A stretch of DNA of 64,000 nt from an uncultured Nitrospiraceae bacterium (GTDB lineage: Bacteria; Nitrospirota; Nitrospiria; Nitrospirales; Nitrospiraceae). A program made the translations under genes and the position numbers. The stretch is from positions 640,001 through 704,000 of the forward strand of contig CAVPLT010000001.1 of the NCBI GenBank assembly GCA_963706325.1, written 5' to 3'. Shown here in pieces: positions 48,356 through 57,506 of this stretch; position 1 is the stretch's first letter, and the number at the start of each line of letters is the position of its first letter. The notes under the pieces are model-generated. The model had not been told where the DNA came from and did not search any database. It saw only the letters and a list, made by a program, of their open reading frames with translations.

Positions 48356-49801
48356 ATGGCTTCTTCATTAATCAAACCTTCTCGCGTCAAGCCCACGATC
48401 GGCTTTGTGAACCTGGGCTGTTCGAAAAACCAGGTCGACTCCGAAGTGATGCTGGGGACGTTGGTGGCCGGCGGGTTCCAGCTCACGGGTGACGCGCGCG
48501 CCGCCGAGGTGGTTATCATCAACACCTGCGGTTTTATCGAGGAGGCCAAGCAGGAATCGATCAACAGCATCATTGAACATGGACGGTTAAAGAAGTCCGG
48601 CTCCTGCCGGGTGCTGATTGCAGCCGGTTGCTTGGCCCAGCGGTATCAGGGCGAGCTCTTGAAAGAATTGCCTGAACTGGATGGCGTAGTTGGGACCGGT
48701 GAGTTCGGACGCATCGCGGAGATTTGCCGGAGCCTGCTGGCACCGAAACACCGTCAACAGCGGTTATGGCTTGGCGAGCCTCCTTATCTCTATGACGCCG
48801 AGACTCCGCGCATTCGCCTGGGGACTCCGCACAGCGCTTATCTAAAGATTGCCGAAGGCTGCAATCGGAATTGTGCCTTCTGCGCGATCCCTCTCATGCG
48901 AGGGAAGCAGCGGAGCCGTTCGATTGAATCGATTGTGATGGAAGCGAAGCGGTTGGCTCAGGAAGGTGTCAAAGAGCTCAATTTGATTTCGCAAGACACG
49001 ATCAATTATGGAGTGGACCTTGGAATTAGGCAGGGGCTTACGCAGCTTCTGCGCGAGTTGGTCACGGTGAACGATGTTCGCTGGATTAGGCCATTTTATC
49101 TGTATCCGCAACAGGTGACCGACGAGTTGTTGGATCTGTACGCCGGCGAAGAACGTATCACCAAATATCTCGACATGCCGCTGCAACATATCAGCGACGG
49201 CATACTGAAGCGCATGCACCGGCTCGGGGATCGTCAGCATCTGACGAAGTTGGTAGACCGCATCCGCACCAAGATTCCCGGCGTGTTTTTTAGAACGGCC
49301 TTTATCGTCGGATTTCCCGGTGAAACCGATGCCATGTTTGAGGAGCTTCGACAGTTCATGGCCGACATGGAGTTTGATCGCGCTAACGTCTTCCTCTATT
49401 CCGATGAAGAGGGCACGTCCGCAGTCGAATTGGAAGGAAAGGTCGATCGTGCGGTGATGGACGAACGGCGCAATGAACTGCTGGCTTTACAAGAAACTAT
49501 TTCAGAAGCCAAGAATCGCGAGTATCTCGGGCGCACTTTGGAGGTGCTGGTAGATGGGATTTCGGAGGAATCCGACCGTCTGTTCGAAACGAGGCACGAG
49601 GGATTGGCACCTGAAATCGATGGGGTCGTATATTGCGACCAAGTCACAGCCAAGCCTGGAGAGTTCGTATCCGTGACAGTGTCCGACGTGATGGGGTACG
49701 ATTTGATTGCCCAACCGGTCGGTCGGCCCGCCGCAGTGGCGTCTGCTCCACCTTCCATGGCGCTTCTCATGCCAAGGAAGGCAGGGACAGGCTACCGGTA
49801 A
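48356..49801 (+). CDS. rimO: Ribosomal protein S12 methylthiotransferase
   Basis: LGCSKNQVDSE, NTCGFIEEAKQES, CNRNCAFC radical-SAM motif, APEIDG TRAM domain. Confidence 0.96.
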   Translation: MASSLIKPSRVKPTIGFVNLGCSKNQVDSEVMLGTLVAGGFQLTGDARAAEVVIINTCGFIEEAKQESINSIIEHGRLKKSGSCRVLIAAGCLAQRYQGELLKELPELDGVVGTGEFGRIAEICRSLLAPKHRQQRLWLGEPPYLYDAETPRIRLGTPHSAYLKIAEGCNRNCAFCAIPLMRGKQRSRSIESIVMEAKRLAQEGVKELNLISQDTINYGVDLGIRQGLTQLLRELVTVNDVRWIRPFYLYPQQVTDELLDLYAGEERITKYLDMPLQHISDGILKRMHRLGDRQHLTKLVDRIRTKIPGVFFRTAFIVGFPGETDAMFEELRQFMADMEFDRANVFLYSDEEGTSAVELEGKVDRAVMDERRNELLALQETISEAKNREYLGRTLEVLVDGISEESDRLFETRHEGLAPEIDGVVYCDQVTAKPGEFVSVTVSDVMGYDLIAQPVGRPAAVASAPPSMALLMPRKAGTGYR

Positions 49802-49833
49802 GAACATACTTACCAGCAGCCTGCCCCGAGTGG

Positions 49834-51312
49834 TTACACCTTGGCGCTGAGATAAAGTGATGCGCCACGGCGATTGATCAGAACCAGCATATTCTCACCT
49901 TTCTTCAGATCTGACGCCACTCGATCGTAGTCCTTCATTGATGTGACGGGCTTACGATTGATCTCTCGTATGACGTCACCCGGCATGAGCCCGGCCCGCT
50001 CCGCCTCGCTCTCAGGATCAACAGAAGCCACCACGACTCCCTGAAGTTTCCCCTTGAGTCCAAGTTCTTGAGCCGTTTCTCCGTCAAGCTCCTGCACCGC
50101 GAGTCCAGCCAGAGGCTGGTCGGACGGCCCGCTCTCGACTTTGGCGACCTGTTGGTTGTCGGGCAACTCGCCGATCGTGACTGACACCTCTTTTTCATGG
50201 CCATCTCGCATGACCTTCACCGTGGCTTTGCTCCCGACTGCACTGCGAGTCACCGCGCGTTGAAGAGTCATGGCATCTTCAATCGAAGTTCCTTTAAATC
50301 CGGTGATGACATCTCCTTGTTTGAGTCCGGCTTTCTCGGCCGGTCCATCTTCCTTCAGATCGGTGACGAGAGCCCCATTGCTGTCTTTCAGGTCGAAGGA
50401 CTTGGCCAAGTCTTGATTCAGATCCTGGATTCCGATCCCCAGATAGCCGCGCACGACTTTGCCGCTCTTGACCAAGCTCTCATAGATGGGTTGGCTCATG
50501 CTGGTCGGGACGGCAAACCCTACTCCCTGGTATCCACCGCTTTGGGAAAAAATCGCGGTGTTGAGACCAACCAGTTCGCCTCTGGTGTTGACCAGCGGCC
50601 CGCCGCTGTTGCCTGGATTGATGGCGGCATCGGTCTGAATAAAGTCTTCATATTGCGTAATGCCCATCCGCCCCCGTCCTAAAGCACTCACAATTCCCAA
50701 GGTCACGGTGGAATTCAATCCAAAAGGATTTCCGACCGCCAGCACATATTCACCGACCTGAAGTCGGCTGGAGTCACCCCAGGGGATGGTGGGAAGGTTG
50801 CTGCCATCGATCTTGATGACCGCAATGTCGGTCTTGGGATCGCTGCCGACAATCCGGCCCTTGAACTCTCGCTTGTCGGGTAACGTGATGGTGACGGTTT
50901 TTGCGCCATCGATCACATGGTTATTGGTCAGGACATAGCCATCAGGAGACACGATCACGCCCGATCCCTGCCCGCCGCCGCGCCGTTCCCGAGGCTCGTT
51001 AGGGGGGCCGAATCGACGAGGCCCAAATGGGGCGCCGAAGAATTCATCCGCCCGCCCACGAGGGTGGGTCGAATCAGACACTTGCTCCGGCGAACTCGTG
51101 GTGATGTTGACGACAGCTGGTGTGACGGCTTTGGCTACATCGGTGAAGCCGGCTGCCGGAAGGGATCCGGAGAGAGGGATCGAACGTTCTTCGACTACCG
51201 GCGATGGATTTGAAGCGTGGGAAGCGGTCAGTGAGCCATAACTCCACACGAGCGTTGCGCCGAGAGCGGCGATGGCGGCAAAGGCGCCAACAGACTGTGT
51301 TGGTCGATTCAT
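49834..51312 (-). CDS. HtrA/DegP-DegQ periplasmic serine protease with two PDZ domains
   Basis: TNNHV, DIAV, GNSGGPL catalytic triad, two PDZ domains. Confidence 0.95.
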   Translation of the reverse strand: MNRPTQSVGAFAAIAALGATLVWSYGSLTASHASNPSPVVEERSIPLSGSLPAAGFTDVAKAVTPAVVNITTSSPEQVSDSTHPRGRADEFFGAPFGPRRFGPPNEPRERRGGGQGSGVIVSPDGYVLTNNHVIDGAKTVTITLPDKREFKGRIVGSDPKTDIAVIKIDGSNLPTIPWGDSSRLQVGEYVLAVGNPFGLNSTVTLGIVSALGRGRMGITQYEDFIQTDAAINPGNSGGPLVNTRGELVGLNTAIFSQSGGYQGVGFAVPTSMSQPIYESLVKSGKVVRGYLGIGIQDLNQDLAKSFDLKDSNGALVTDLKEDGPAEKAGLKQGDVITGFKGTSIEDAMTLQRAVTRSAVGSKATVKVMRDGHEKEVSVTIGELPDNQQVAKVESGPSDQPLAGLAVQELDGETAQELGLKGKLQGVVVASVDPESEAERAGLMPGDVIREINRKPVTSMKDYDRVASDLKKGENMLVLINRRGASLYLSAKV

Positions 51313-51430
51313 GGATTCCTCCTCCTAAAAAAACATGGGTATGGGTGTGCGGGATGCTATTTGGATATAACCGTCATGTTGAAGGTAGCAGTGCCGGATG
51401 AGAGCCCTATTAGCTGGGGATTAGAAGTCG

Positions 51431-52834
51431 TTAAGACGAGGATGGTGCAAGTGGAAGCACAATAGTGAAGGTCGATCCCTTGCCGACTTCGCTTTGGACT
51501 TCGATATGTCCATGGTGCGACTCGGCAATCCAGGCACAGATCGCTAAGCCGAGGCCGGTGCCTTTCTTGGTATGGGCGCGCGCGTCGTCCGTTCGAAAAA
51601 AACGGTCGAAAATTTGTTTGTGCGTATCCGGGGGAATGCCGATGCCATAATCGCGGACGGAGAGGCGCGCCCGCTGGCCTTCCACGCGGAGATCGATTTC
51701 GACTCTGCCTTGCGCATAGGAATACTTCACGGCGTTGTCGACGATGTTCAAAATCAGTTCTCGAAGGCGGAGCTCATCACCGTGGACCGTCGCCGGCTGA
51801 ATGGTCTCGATCACCACGTCGACCTCTCGCTCCTGGTCGAGGAGACCGGCTTGGCGCTGAATATCTTCCAACAAAAGGTCGAGTCGAACCGGTTCACACT
51901 CTGTTTTGATTTGGCCCAAATCGGCTCGCGACAGAAACAGTAGTTCCTCGACGATGCGTGACATCCGATCGATTTCTTCGAGATTGCTTTCCAAGACGGC
52001 GATGTAGTCTTCCACGGGCCGGGGGCGGCGAAGCACCAGTTCGCTCTCGCCCTTCATCACCGTCAAGGGCGTGCGCAGCTCATGTGAGGCATCGCTGCTG
52101 AATTGCCGAATTTGCGCAAAGGACGTCTCTAGCCGCGCGATCATATCGTTGAAGGTGTCGGTGAGACGACCGATTTCGTCGGAGGAGCGTTCAGACGTCA
52201 GACGTTGTGTGAGGTCTCCTGCGGCGATACGTTGCGCCGCGACCGTGATCGAATCGACGGGTCGCAGGGCACGGCCGGCTAGGAACCACCCGCCCGCCAA
52301 CGAGACGACCAGCGCGATTGGGGCCATCACCACCAAGACCAACAGAAAACGGCGCAGGGTTTCCTCGACGCCTTCCAGGGCGGTGCCGACCTGGACAATA
52401 TAGAGCAATGAGCCGCGATAGATGATGGGGACGGAAACCAATCGCAATGGAGGCTCGTTGGGATACCGGGCGGATTCGAAGACGGTACTGCCGGTAAAGG
52501 CGGCTTCCAGCGCGTGGCGGCTCAATGGGACGTCATGTTGCCGAATATTCGGAGAGCGGATTGTGATCGTTCCGGAAGGACTGAAGATCTGAAAGAACTT
52601 GTCGATCCGGGTTAGTTCGGGAAACTGGCTGAGCAGCGCCTCTTCATCGATTAAAGGGAGAAATCCGCGTGTCTCCAAGGAGCGCACCGCAGCCGACGCC
52701 GTTTCTTCCAATGAATCGTCGACTTGGTCACGTAAGCCTCGGGCGGTGATAGTGTAGAGCACGACGGAAAACGTTAAAAGGATGAGCGCGAGTGCCGTTC
52801 CGTACCAGAGGGTGAGTCGGACGCGAAGGGGCAT
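51431..52834 (-). CDS. Sensor histidine kinase (CusS-like, HAMP-HisKA-HATPase)
   Basis: Two TM, HAMP, ASHELRTPL, NAVKY, GTGLGL. Confidence 0.93.
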   Translation of the reverse strand: MPLRVRLTLWYGTALALILLTFSVVLYTITARGLRDQVDDSLEETASAAVRSLETRGFLPLIDEEALLSQFPELTRIDKFFQIFSPSGTITIRSPNIRQHDVPLSRHALEAAFTGSTVFESARYPNEPPLRLVSVPIIYRGSLLYIVQVGTALEGVEETLRRFLLVLVVMAPIALVVSLAGGWFLAGRALRPVDSITVAAQRIAAGDLTQRLTSERSSDEIGRLTDTFNDMIARLETSFAQIRQFSSDASHELRTPLTVMKGESELVLRRPRPVEDYIAVLESNLEEIDRMSRIVEELLFLSRADLGQIKTECEPVRLDLLLEDIQRQAGLLDQEREVDVVIETIQPATVHGDELRLRELILNIVDNAVKYSYAQGRVEIDLRVEGQRARLSVRDYGIGIPPDTHKQIFDRFFRTDDARAHTKKGTGLGLAICAWIAESHHGHIEVQSEVGKGSTFTIVLPLAPSSS

Positions 52835-53505
52835 CAGTCGACCTTGAGCGTATACCCACTCCCTCGAATGGTATGGATTAACTTTCGGGCGCGTCCGCGA
52901 TCAATTTTATTTCGGAGATAATTGACGTAGACGTCGATGACATTGGTGAAGGTATCGAAATCCTGATTCCAGACATGGTCGGAAATCATCGGGCGGGTGA
53001 GGACTCGCCCTGCATGACGCATGAAGTATTCCAGTAGCGCATATTCCTTCACCGTGAGGTCGATGCGCTGTCCTCCGCGAGTAACTTCTCGGGTGGCTGG
53101 ATTGAGCATAAGATCGTCGATCTGGAGAATTCCGGGAGCTTCGACCGGGCCGCGACGCAAAAGAGCCCGGACACGGGCGAGCAATTCGTCGATGGCGAAG
53201 GGTTTGGTGAGATAGTCGTCCGCGCCGGCATCAAGCCCCTTCACGCGCTGGTCCACTTTTGATTGCGCCGTGAGAATCATCACGGGGGTTTGAATTTTTT
53301 CTTTGCGAAGCCGGGCGAGCACGTCCAGTCCCGGCAGACTGGGCAACATCAGATCGATCATGATGAGGTCGTAACTGCCGCTCAGGGCCATGTCGAGGCC
53401 CTGCGCGCCGTCTTCACAAAGATCGACGGCGTAGCTTTCCTCTTCCAGCGCTCGCTTGATGAACGAGCCTACCTTGGTTTCATCTTCAATGACGAGTACA
53501 CGCAT
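52834..53505 (-). CDS. OmpR-family response regulator (CusR-like)
   Basis: MRVLVIEDE, GADDYLTKPF, TNVIDVYVNYLRNKID. Confidence 0.95.
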   Translation of the reverse strand: MRVLVIEDETKVGSFIKRALEEESYAVDLCEDGAQGLDMALSGSYDLIMIDLMLPSLPGLDVLARLRKEKIQTPVMILTAQSKVDQRVKGLDAGADDYLTKPFAIDELLARVRALLRRGPVEAPGILQIDDLMLNPATREVTRGGQRIDLTVKEYALLEYFMRHAGRVLTRPMISDHVWNQDFDTFTNVIDVYVNYLRNKIDRGRARKLIHTIRGSGYTLKVD

Positions 53506-53581
53506 AGAGAAAACTCGTAGGTCGGTGGATTATACCAGAGGTTAGGGTGCTGTGAGCAGCAGGATCCTGCTGCGTTATGCG

Positions 53582-54724
53582 TTATGGGAGGTCGAGGGAG
53601 ACGGGCTCAAGGCGCGAGGCAGGTTGGAGACGGCAGAGAGTGCGAATGTCTTTCCAGTTCTCCCCGGGGAGGAGCCTATGCACCTCAGCCGGTGGGGGCC
53701 CGGCCAGGGTGACGAGCATGGCAAGCCGCTCGCCGATGTCCGGGTGGGTGGAAAGAAAATCAGGCGGTCCGGCATGGCCTTCCGCCCCGTTCTGCATGAC
53801 CCCGTAGAAGGCTATCATGGCCGCAGGGTCAAGGCGGGCGGCTTGCATCATGCGAAGCCCTTCGATATCGGCTTCCCTCTCATGGGTGCGGTTATAGTGC
53901 AATGAACCCAACGTTCGTGCGCCTTCCAGGCCCCAGGCCAGGCCACCGGACAGATCGCCGGAGATGGCGCTCAGCAGAAACGTTGTGGCTGTCTGTTCAA
54001 GAATCGCTCGAGTCGTATGGCGTTGATAAACATGTTGCAGCTCGTGCGCGAGGGCTCCGGCGAGTTGTTCGGGGCTGGCAGTTTTTTCCAGCAGACCACG
54101 AAGAATTACCACCTGCCCCCCCGGTGCGGCGAAGGCATTGATCGCGGGATCATCCATGACGGAGAGCCTAATATGATAAGGCGAAGTAGGATGAATTGCG
54201 GTCAGGACCTGTACCACCTGATCGAGTTTGCGCAGCCGTTCCGGGTCGTGGCATTGTTGTGCTTCCGGGGCTAGATGCTCAACGACTTGCCGACCAAGGC
54301 TTTCTTCCCAGGCTAGAGGTACATAGTGGGTGGCCACGGCGGCCATACCCTGGATACCCCAACGATACAGTCCGACGACCGCCAGGAGGACCACCAGCCC
54401 CGCACAGACGGTCCAGCGCAGGCGAGTCTTCCGGCATGACGGGTTATGGAAGTGCTGAACCATGGCAGGCGCCGCGGCATGCATGGCAGTCAACAGTGTG
54501 GGCGTGGAAATGACAAGTGCCTCGGCCGGCTCGGGACCACATTCCAAACGAACCGGTTCACCGTTATAAGCGCCTTGGGTTTGACGAACGTGGTCATATG
54601 GCCACTGTTTAGTCGTTCCGTCAGAAAAAAGCAGTTGCAAGGCATTCGGAGTGATAGTAAGCGTGACGTGATGGCGAGTGGCCGTTCGGCCGTCCAGATA
54701 GTGCGCGATCCAGCTGCTGGTCAT
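53582..54724 (-). CDS. M48-family zinc metallopeptidase with N-terminal cytoplasmic domain
   Basis: INAFAAPGG, LAHELQHV (HExxH), EREAD, FLSTHP; real start at 54724, not the 55465 ORF extension. Confidence 0.9.
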   Translation of the reverse strand: MTSSWIAHYLDGRTATRHHVTLTITPNALQLLFSDGTTKQWPYDHVRQTQGAYNGEPVRLECGPEPAEALVISTPTLLTAMHAAAPAMVQHFHNPSCRKTRLRWTVCAGLVVLLAVVGLYRWGIQGMAAVATHYVPLAWEESLGRQVVEHLAPEAQQCHDPERLRKLDQVVQVLTAIHPTSPYHIRLSVMDDPAINAFAAPGGQVVILRGLLEKTASPEQLAGALAHELQHVYQRHTTRAILEQTATTFLLSAISGDLSGGLAWGLEGARTLGSLHYNRTHEREADIEGLRMMQAARLDPAAMIAFYGVMQNGAEGHAGPPDFLSTHPDIGERLAMLVTLAGPPPAEVHRLLPGENWKDIRTLCRLQPASRLEPVSLDLP

Positions 54725-54729
54725 AAGCG

Positions 54730-56004
54730 CTAGTTCATATCGAAGCCGGTGTCGAGCAGGTTCGACAGGCCTTCCCCGGTGACGGATGATGTGGTGGTCT
54801 CTTGCAGGATTCGATCGAGATTTACACTGCCCTCCAGTGACAAGGTGCTCGTGAAAAACCGGGCACTCCGAACAGTCACCCAGGGCCAGGCGAATCCCAG
54901 GGTGACGAACAACAGGGCGAGGTTGCCGAGGTAGAGTGTCAACAGCCTCTGCCAGGTGATGCTGGATGCAAAGCGCGCCGGCCCGAACGTGGTGTGATCC
55001 CAAAAGTACTTCTGTTTCTGTCCAAGCAACCACATCCACATGGGTCCGAGGACGAAAGGAATGAAGAGTAGGGATAGCCCGGCATTGGTTAATTGAAATA
55101 CCATGGTGACGCCACACAGGATGAGTACCCCGTAGGTCATGAAGAGGGTGATGGCGAACGGAACCATCAGGCCAGAACCATGGCCCGTGAAATGGAAGCG
55201 TTGGTTCCCATAATAAGTGTGCGAGTTGAGAAACGCCTGCCGTTGAGCCTGGAAGTAGGGGTAGTAAATGCCGAGGGTAAGTAGCGTGAAGAACCATCCC
55301 TGGAAGTAGAGCTTCAGGAAATCCCACGTACGCCCTCGAAACGAGAAACGGATTCCTCGCCAGGAGGCACGCATACAGCGATAACGTCGCGCGTTTACGA
55401 TGGCGATTGGGACATAGAAGACCAGCACCAAGCCGGCCAAGGATTTCGCAAGAAAGTCCAGCCATGGGGGGAGAGACAGGAATGTATGGGCGGCGCTCAA
55501 TGAAAAATATGGGATGCCGAACACCAGCATCGCTTTGAGAAATCCTTGATAGAGCTCCTTTCCGGTACCGTGGTAGGCAAACCGATCAGCAGCGAATGAA
55601 GTTTGGCTGAATAGATAACGGCGGATTTTCGCCTTGCCCCAAAAATGGTAGGCGCCGAGTGTCGCGATGCTGAGGCAGATGTTTATGATGTGCATGCCGA
55701 AGAGCGTGCCGCCGGTACCATGAAACGAGCAGGGTCTTGATGAGTGAACGGCATCCGTGGCACCGAGGGACATCAATCGGGGATAATCCGAAGTAGCAGG
55801 CATCATATCCGCGAAGGGCTCAGGTCTTGAGAGTGTGGGCCTGACGCTCACCACCGCGAATCGAGCCCCGCATGTCGGACAGGTGCTGCGAGCTGAGGAC
55901 GTGAGCCGGTTGGAGTGACGAACACGATAGCGGGTGTGGCACTGATGGCAATCGACCTTCAGGGCATGGTCTGTCGTATCGGCGGAAGTTCCGCTGGTGG
56001 TCAT
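54730..56004 (-). CDS. YjgN/DUF898 membrane protein with N-terminal zinc ribbon
   Basis: CHQC...CPTC; FHGTGG, TLGAYHFWGK, FAYHGTGKEL, WRGIRFSFRG. Confidence 0.88.
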   Translation of the reverse strand: MTTSGTSADTTDHALKVDCHQCHTRYRVRHSNRLTSSARSTCPTCGARFAVVSVRPTLSRPEPFADMMPATSDYPRLMSLGATDAVHSSRPCSFHGTGGTLFGMHIINICLSIATLGAYHFWGKAKIRRYLFSQTSFAADRFAYHGTGKELYQGFLKAMLVFGIPYFSLSAAHTFLSLPPWLDFLAKSLAGLVLVFYVPIAIVNARRYRCMRASWRGIRFSFRGRTWDFLKLYFQGWFFTLLTLGIYYPYFQAQRQAFLNSHTYYGNQRFHFTGHGSGLMVPFAITLFMTYGVLILCGVTMVFQLTNAGLSLLFIPFVLGPMWMWLLGQKQKYFWDHTTFGPARFASSITWQRLLTLYLGNLALLFVTLGFAWPWVTVRSARFFTSTLSLEGSVNLDRILQETTTSSVTGEGLSNLLDTGFDMN

Positions 56005-56006
56005 GT

Positions 56007-57332
56007 TCAGCAGGCCGCTCGATGTCCCAAGGCGCACGCTTGTTGAAGGTCCCGCATGAAGCCCTGCGTGTCTCCCTTGGAACGTCTGATAATGGATCGT
56101 TCAAAATAGGCCCGCCCGTTTTTGGCCTGATGGGCTACGTATCCATCCCACACAGCCAAGGCACGATCCCACTGTTGACGCTGCGCCTGGACATGGCTTG
56201 ACGCGCGGTAGGCATCGAGAAAGGTGGGATCAAGCTTGATCGCGGCATCGAAAGCAATGAGGGCCTCGTCGAGAGAGCCTTTTTGGATCAGGGCGGTGCC
56301 GCGGTTGTAATAAGCCTTGGAATCATCAGGATCCACATTCAGCGCTTCCGCATAGGCGAAGAGTGCTTTGTCGATCTGGCCCAATCTTTGGAATGCCATC
56401 CCTTCGTCACGATGCCTCCGGGCCTGGGAAAACTCTTTTCCTCCGTACGTACGAAGCAACTGGACGAGGTCGTCGTGTTCGTCGAGCTGCGCAATCTCCA
56501 GCGCGGTCTGCCCACGGGTTTTCTGGTTCACCGGGATGCCTCGCTCAAGCAAGATCTGAGCGGCGTCCAGATGGCCTTGTCGTACGGCTCCATGCAGGGC
56601 TGAATCTCCGCTATCGCAGGTCGCTCTGAGATTCGCTCTATGGGAAAGTAGTAGGGCTATCGTGTCAGCATGACCCCGCTCCGCGGCTGACAAGAGTGGC
56701 GTGGACCCATGGTTTGCCTTCGTGTTCGGATCGGCCCCATGTTGCAGTAGCAAGGCCACCACCGGCGAATGACCGCGCTTCGACGCTTCGTGCAAGGCTG
56801 TTCGTCCGCTGCCATTGCCTCGGTCGATACCGTTGGCTTCCGTAAGCAGCCACGTGGTCGTCGCGACATCGCCTCGCGCCGCCGAGAGGTGAAGCGGAGT
56901 CCAGCCATTCGATCTGAGGATGAGAGGCGACAGCATCAGCTCATCGATATCGTAAGGATCGTGGGTCGCTTTGATTTGGGTGAACATCCAGTACGCCACT
57001 CCTGACAGTAGCGCATAGTTCAGTAGGCAGGCGAGGGTTGCCACTGCGATGCCTGCCGCGCGGCGCGACAGATCGGTGGCGCCCGTGGTGCTGTTTACGT
57101 GCGGCGCTACCACTACAGGAACTTCATCGGTTGGTCGGACCTCAGGGTTGAGAACGATCAGGTTTTCGGCACAGTTAGGACAAGGAAATTGCTGCAAGGC
57201 GTCACCTGAGACAAGGGGGCAGGAAACGGCTGACTTGCAGAAGGGACAGGTGACGCCCTGTGCATGATACGGCCGCGAGCCGGTCGAGGACGCAGGTGCA
57301 GGAGCTGCCGTGCCTGGGTGAACGGTTGCCAT
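56007..57332 (-). CDS. Zinc-ribbon/TM/ankyrin-repeat/TPR protein
   Basis: CPFC...CPNC, one TM, GWTPLHLSA/GRTALHEA ankyrins, AYYNRG TPRs, ACALG end. Confidence 0.85.
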   Translation of the reverse strand: MATVHPGTAAPAPASSTGSRPYHAQGVTCPFCKSAVSCPLVSGDALQQFPCPNCAENLIVLNPEVRPTDEVPVVVAPHVNSTTGATDLSRRAAGIAVATLACLLNYALLSGVAYWMFTQIKATHDPYDIDELMLSPLILRSNGWTPLHLSAARGDVATTTWLLTEANGIDRGNGSGRTALHEASKRGHSPVVALLLQHGADPNTKANHGSTPLLSAAERGHADTIALLLSHRANLRATCDSGDSALHGAVRQGHLDAAQILLERGIPVNQKTRGQTALEIAQLDEHDDLVQLLRTYGGKEFSQARRHRDEGMAFQRLGQIDKALFAYAEALNVDPDDSKAYYNRGTALIQKGSLDEALIAFDAAIKLDPTFLDAYRASSHVQAQRQQWDRALAVWDGYVAHQAKNGRAYFERSIIRRSKGDTQGFMRDLQQACALGHRAAC

Positions 57333-57506
57333 GGTGCCTGAAGACCCTTCGCCCGGGTGCTTGCTGAACAGTCGTGGGAGTGGCGTCTACCGCTGATCAT
57401 TAAAAAGGATAGCGCAAAACGGTAGGAGCGCAACCGCAGCATGTGGCTGAGATCGCCTCGCGAGGCATGCGGTCAACAGCGTTTCTTGCGGCGAGGGGGT
57501 GGGAAG

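Noticed and set aside
54725..55465. 627-aa ORF extension of the M48 peptidase
   Set aside because: Overlaps the DUF898 gene in another frame and reads as non-protein; the plausible start is 54724
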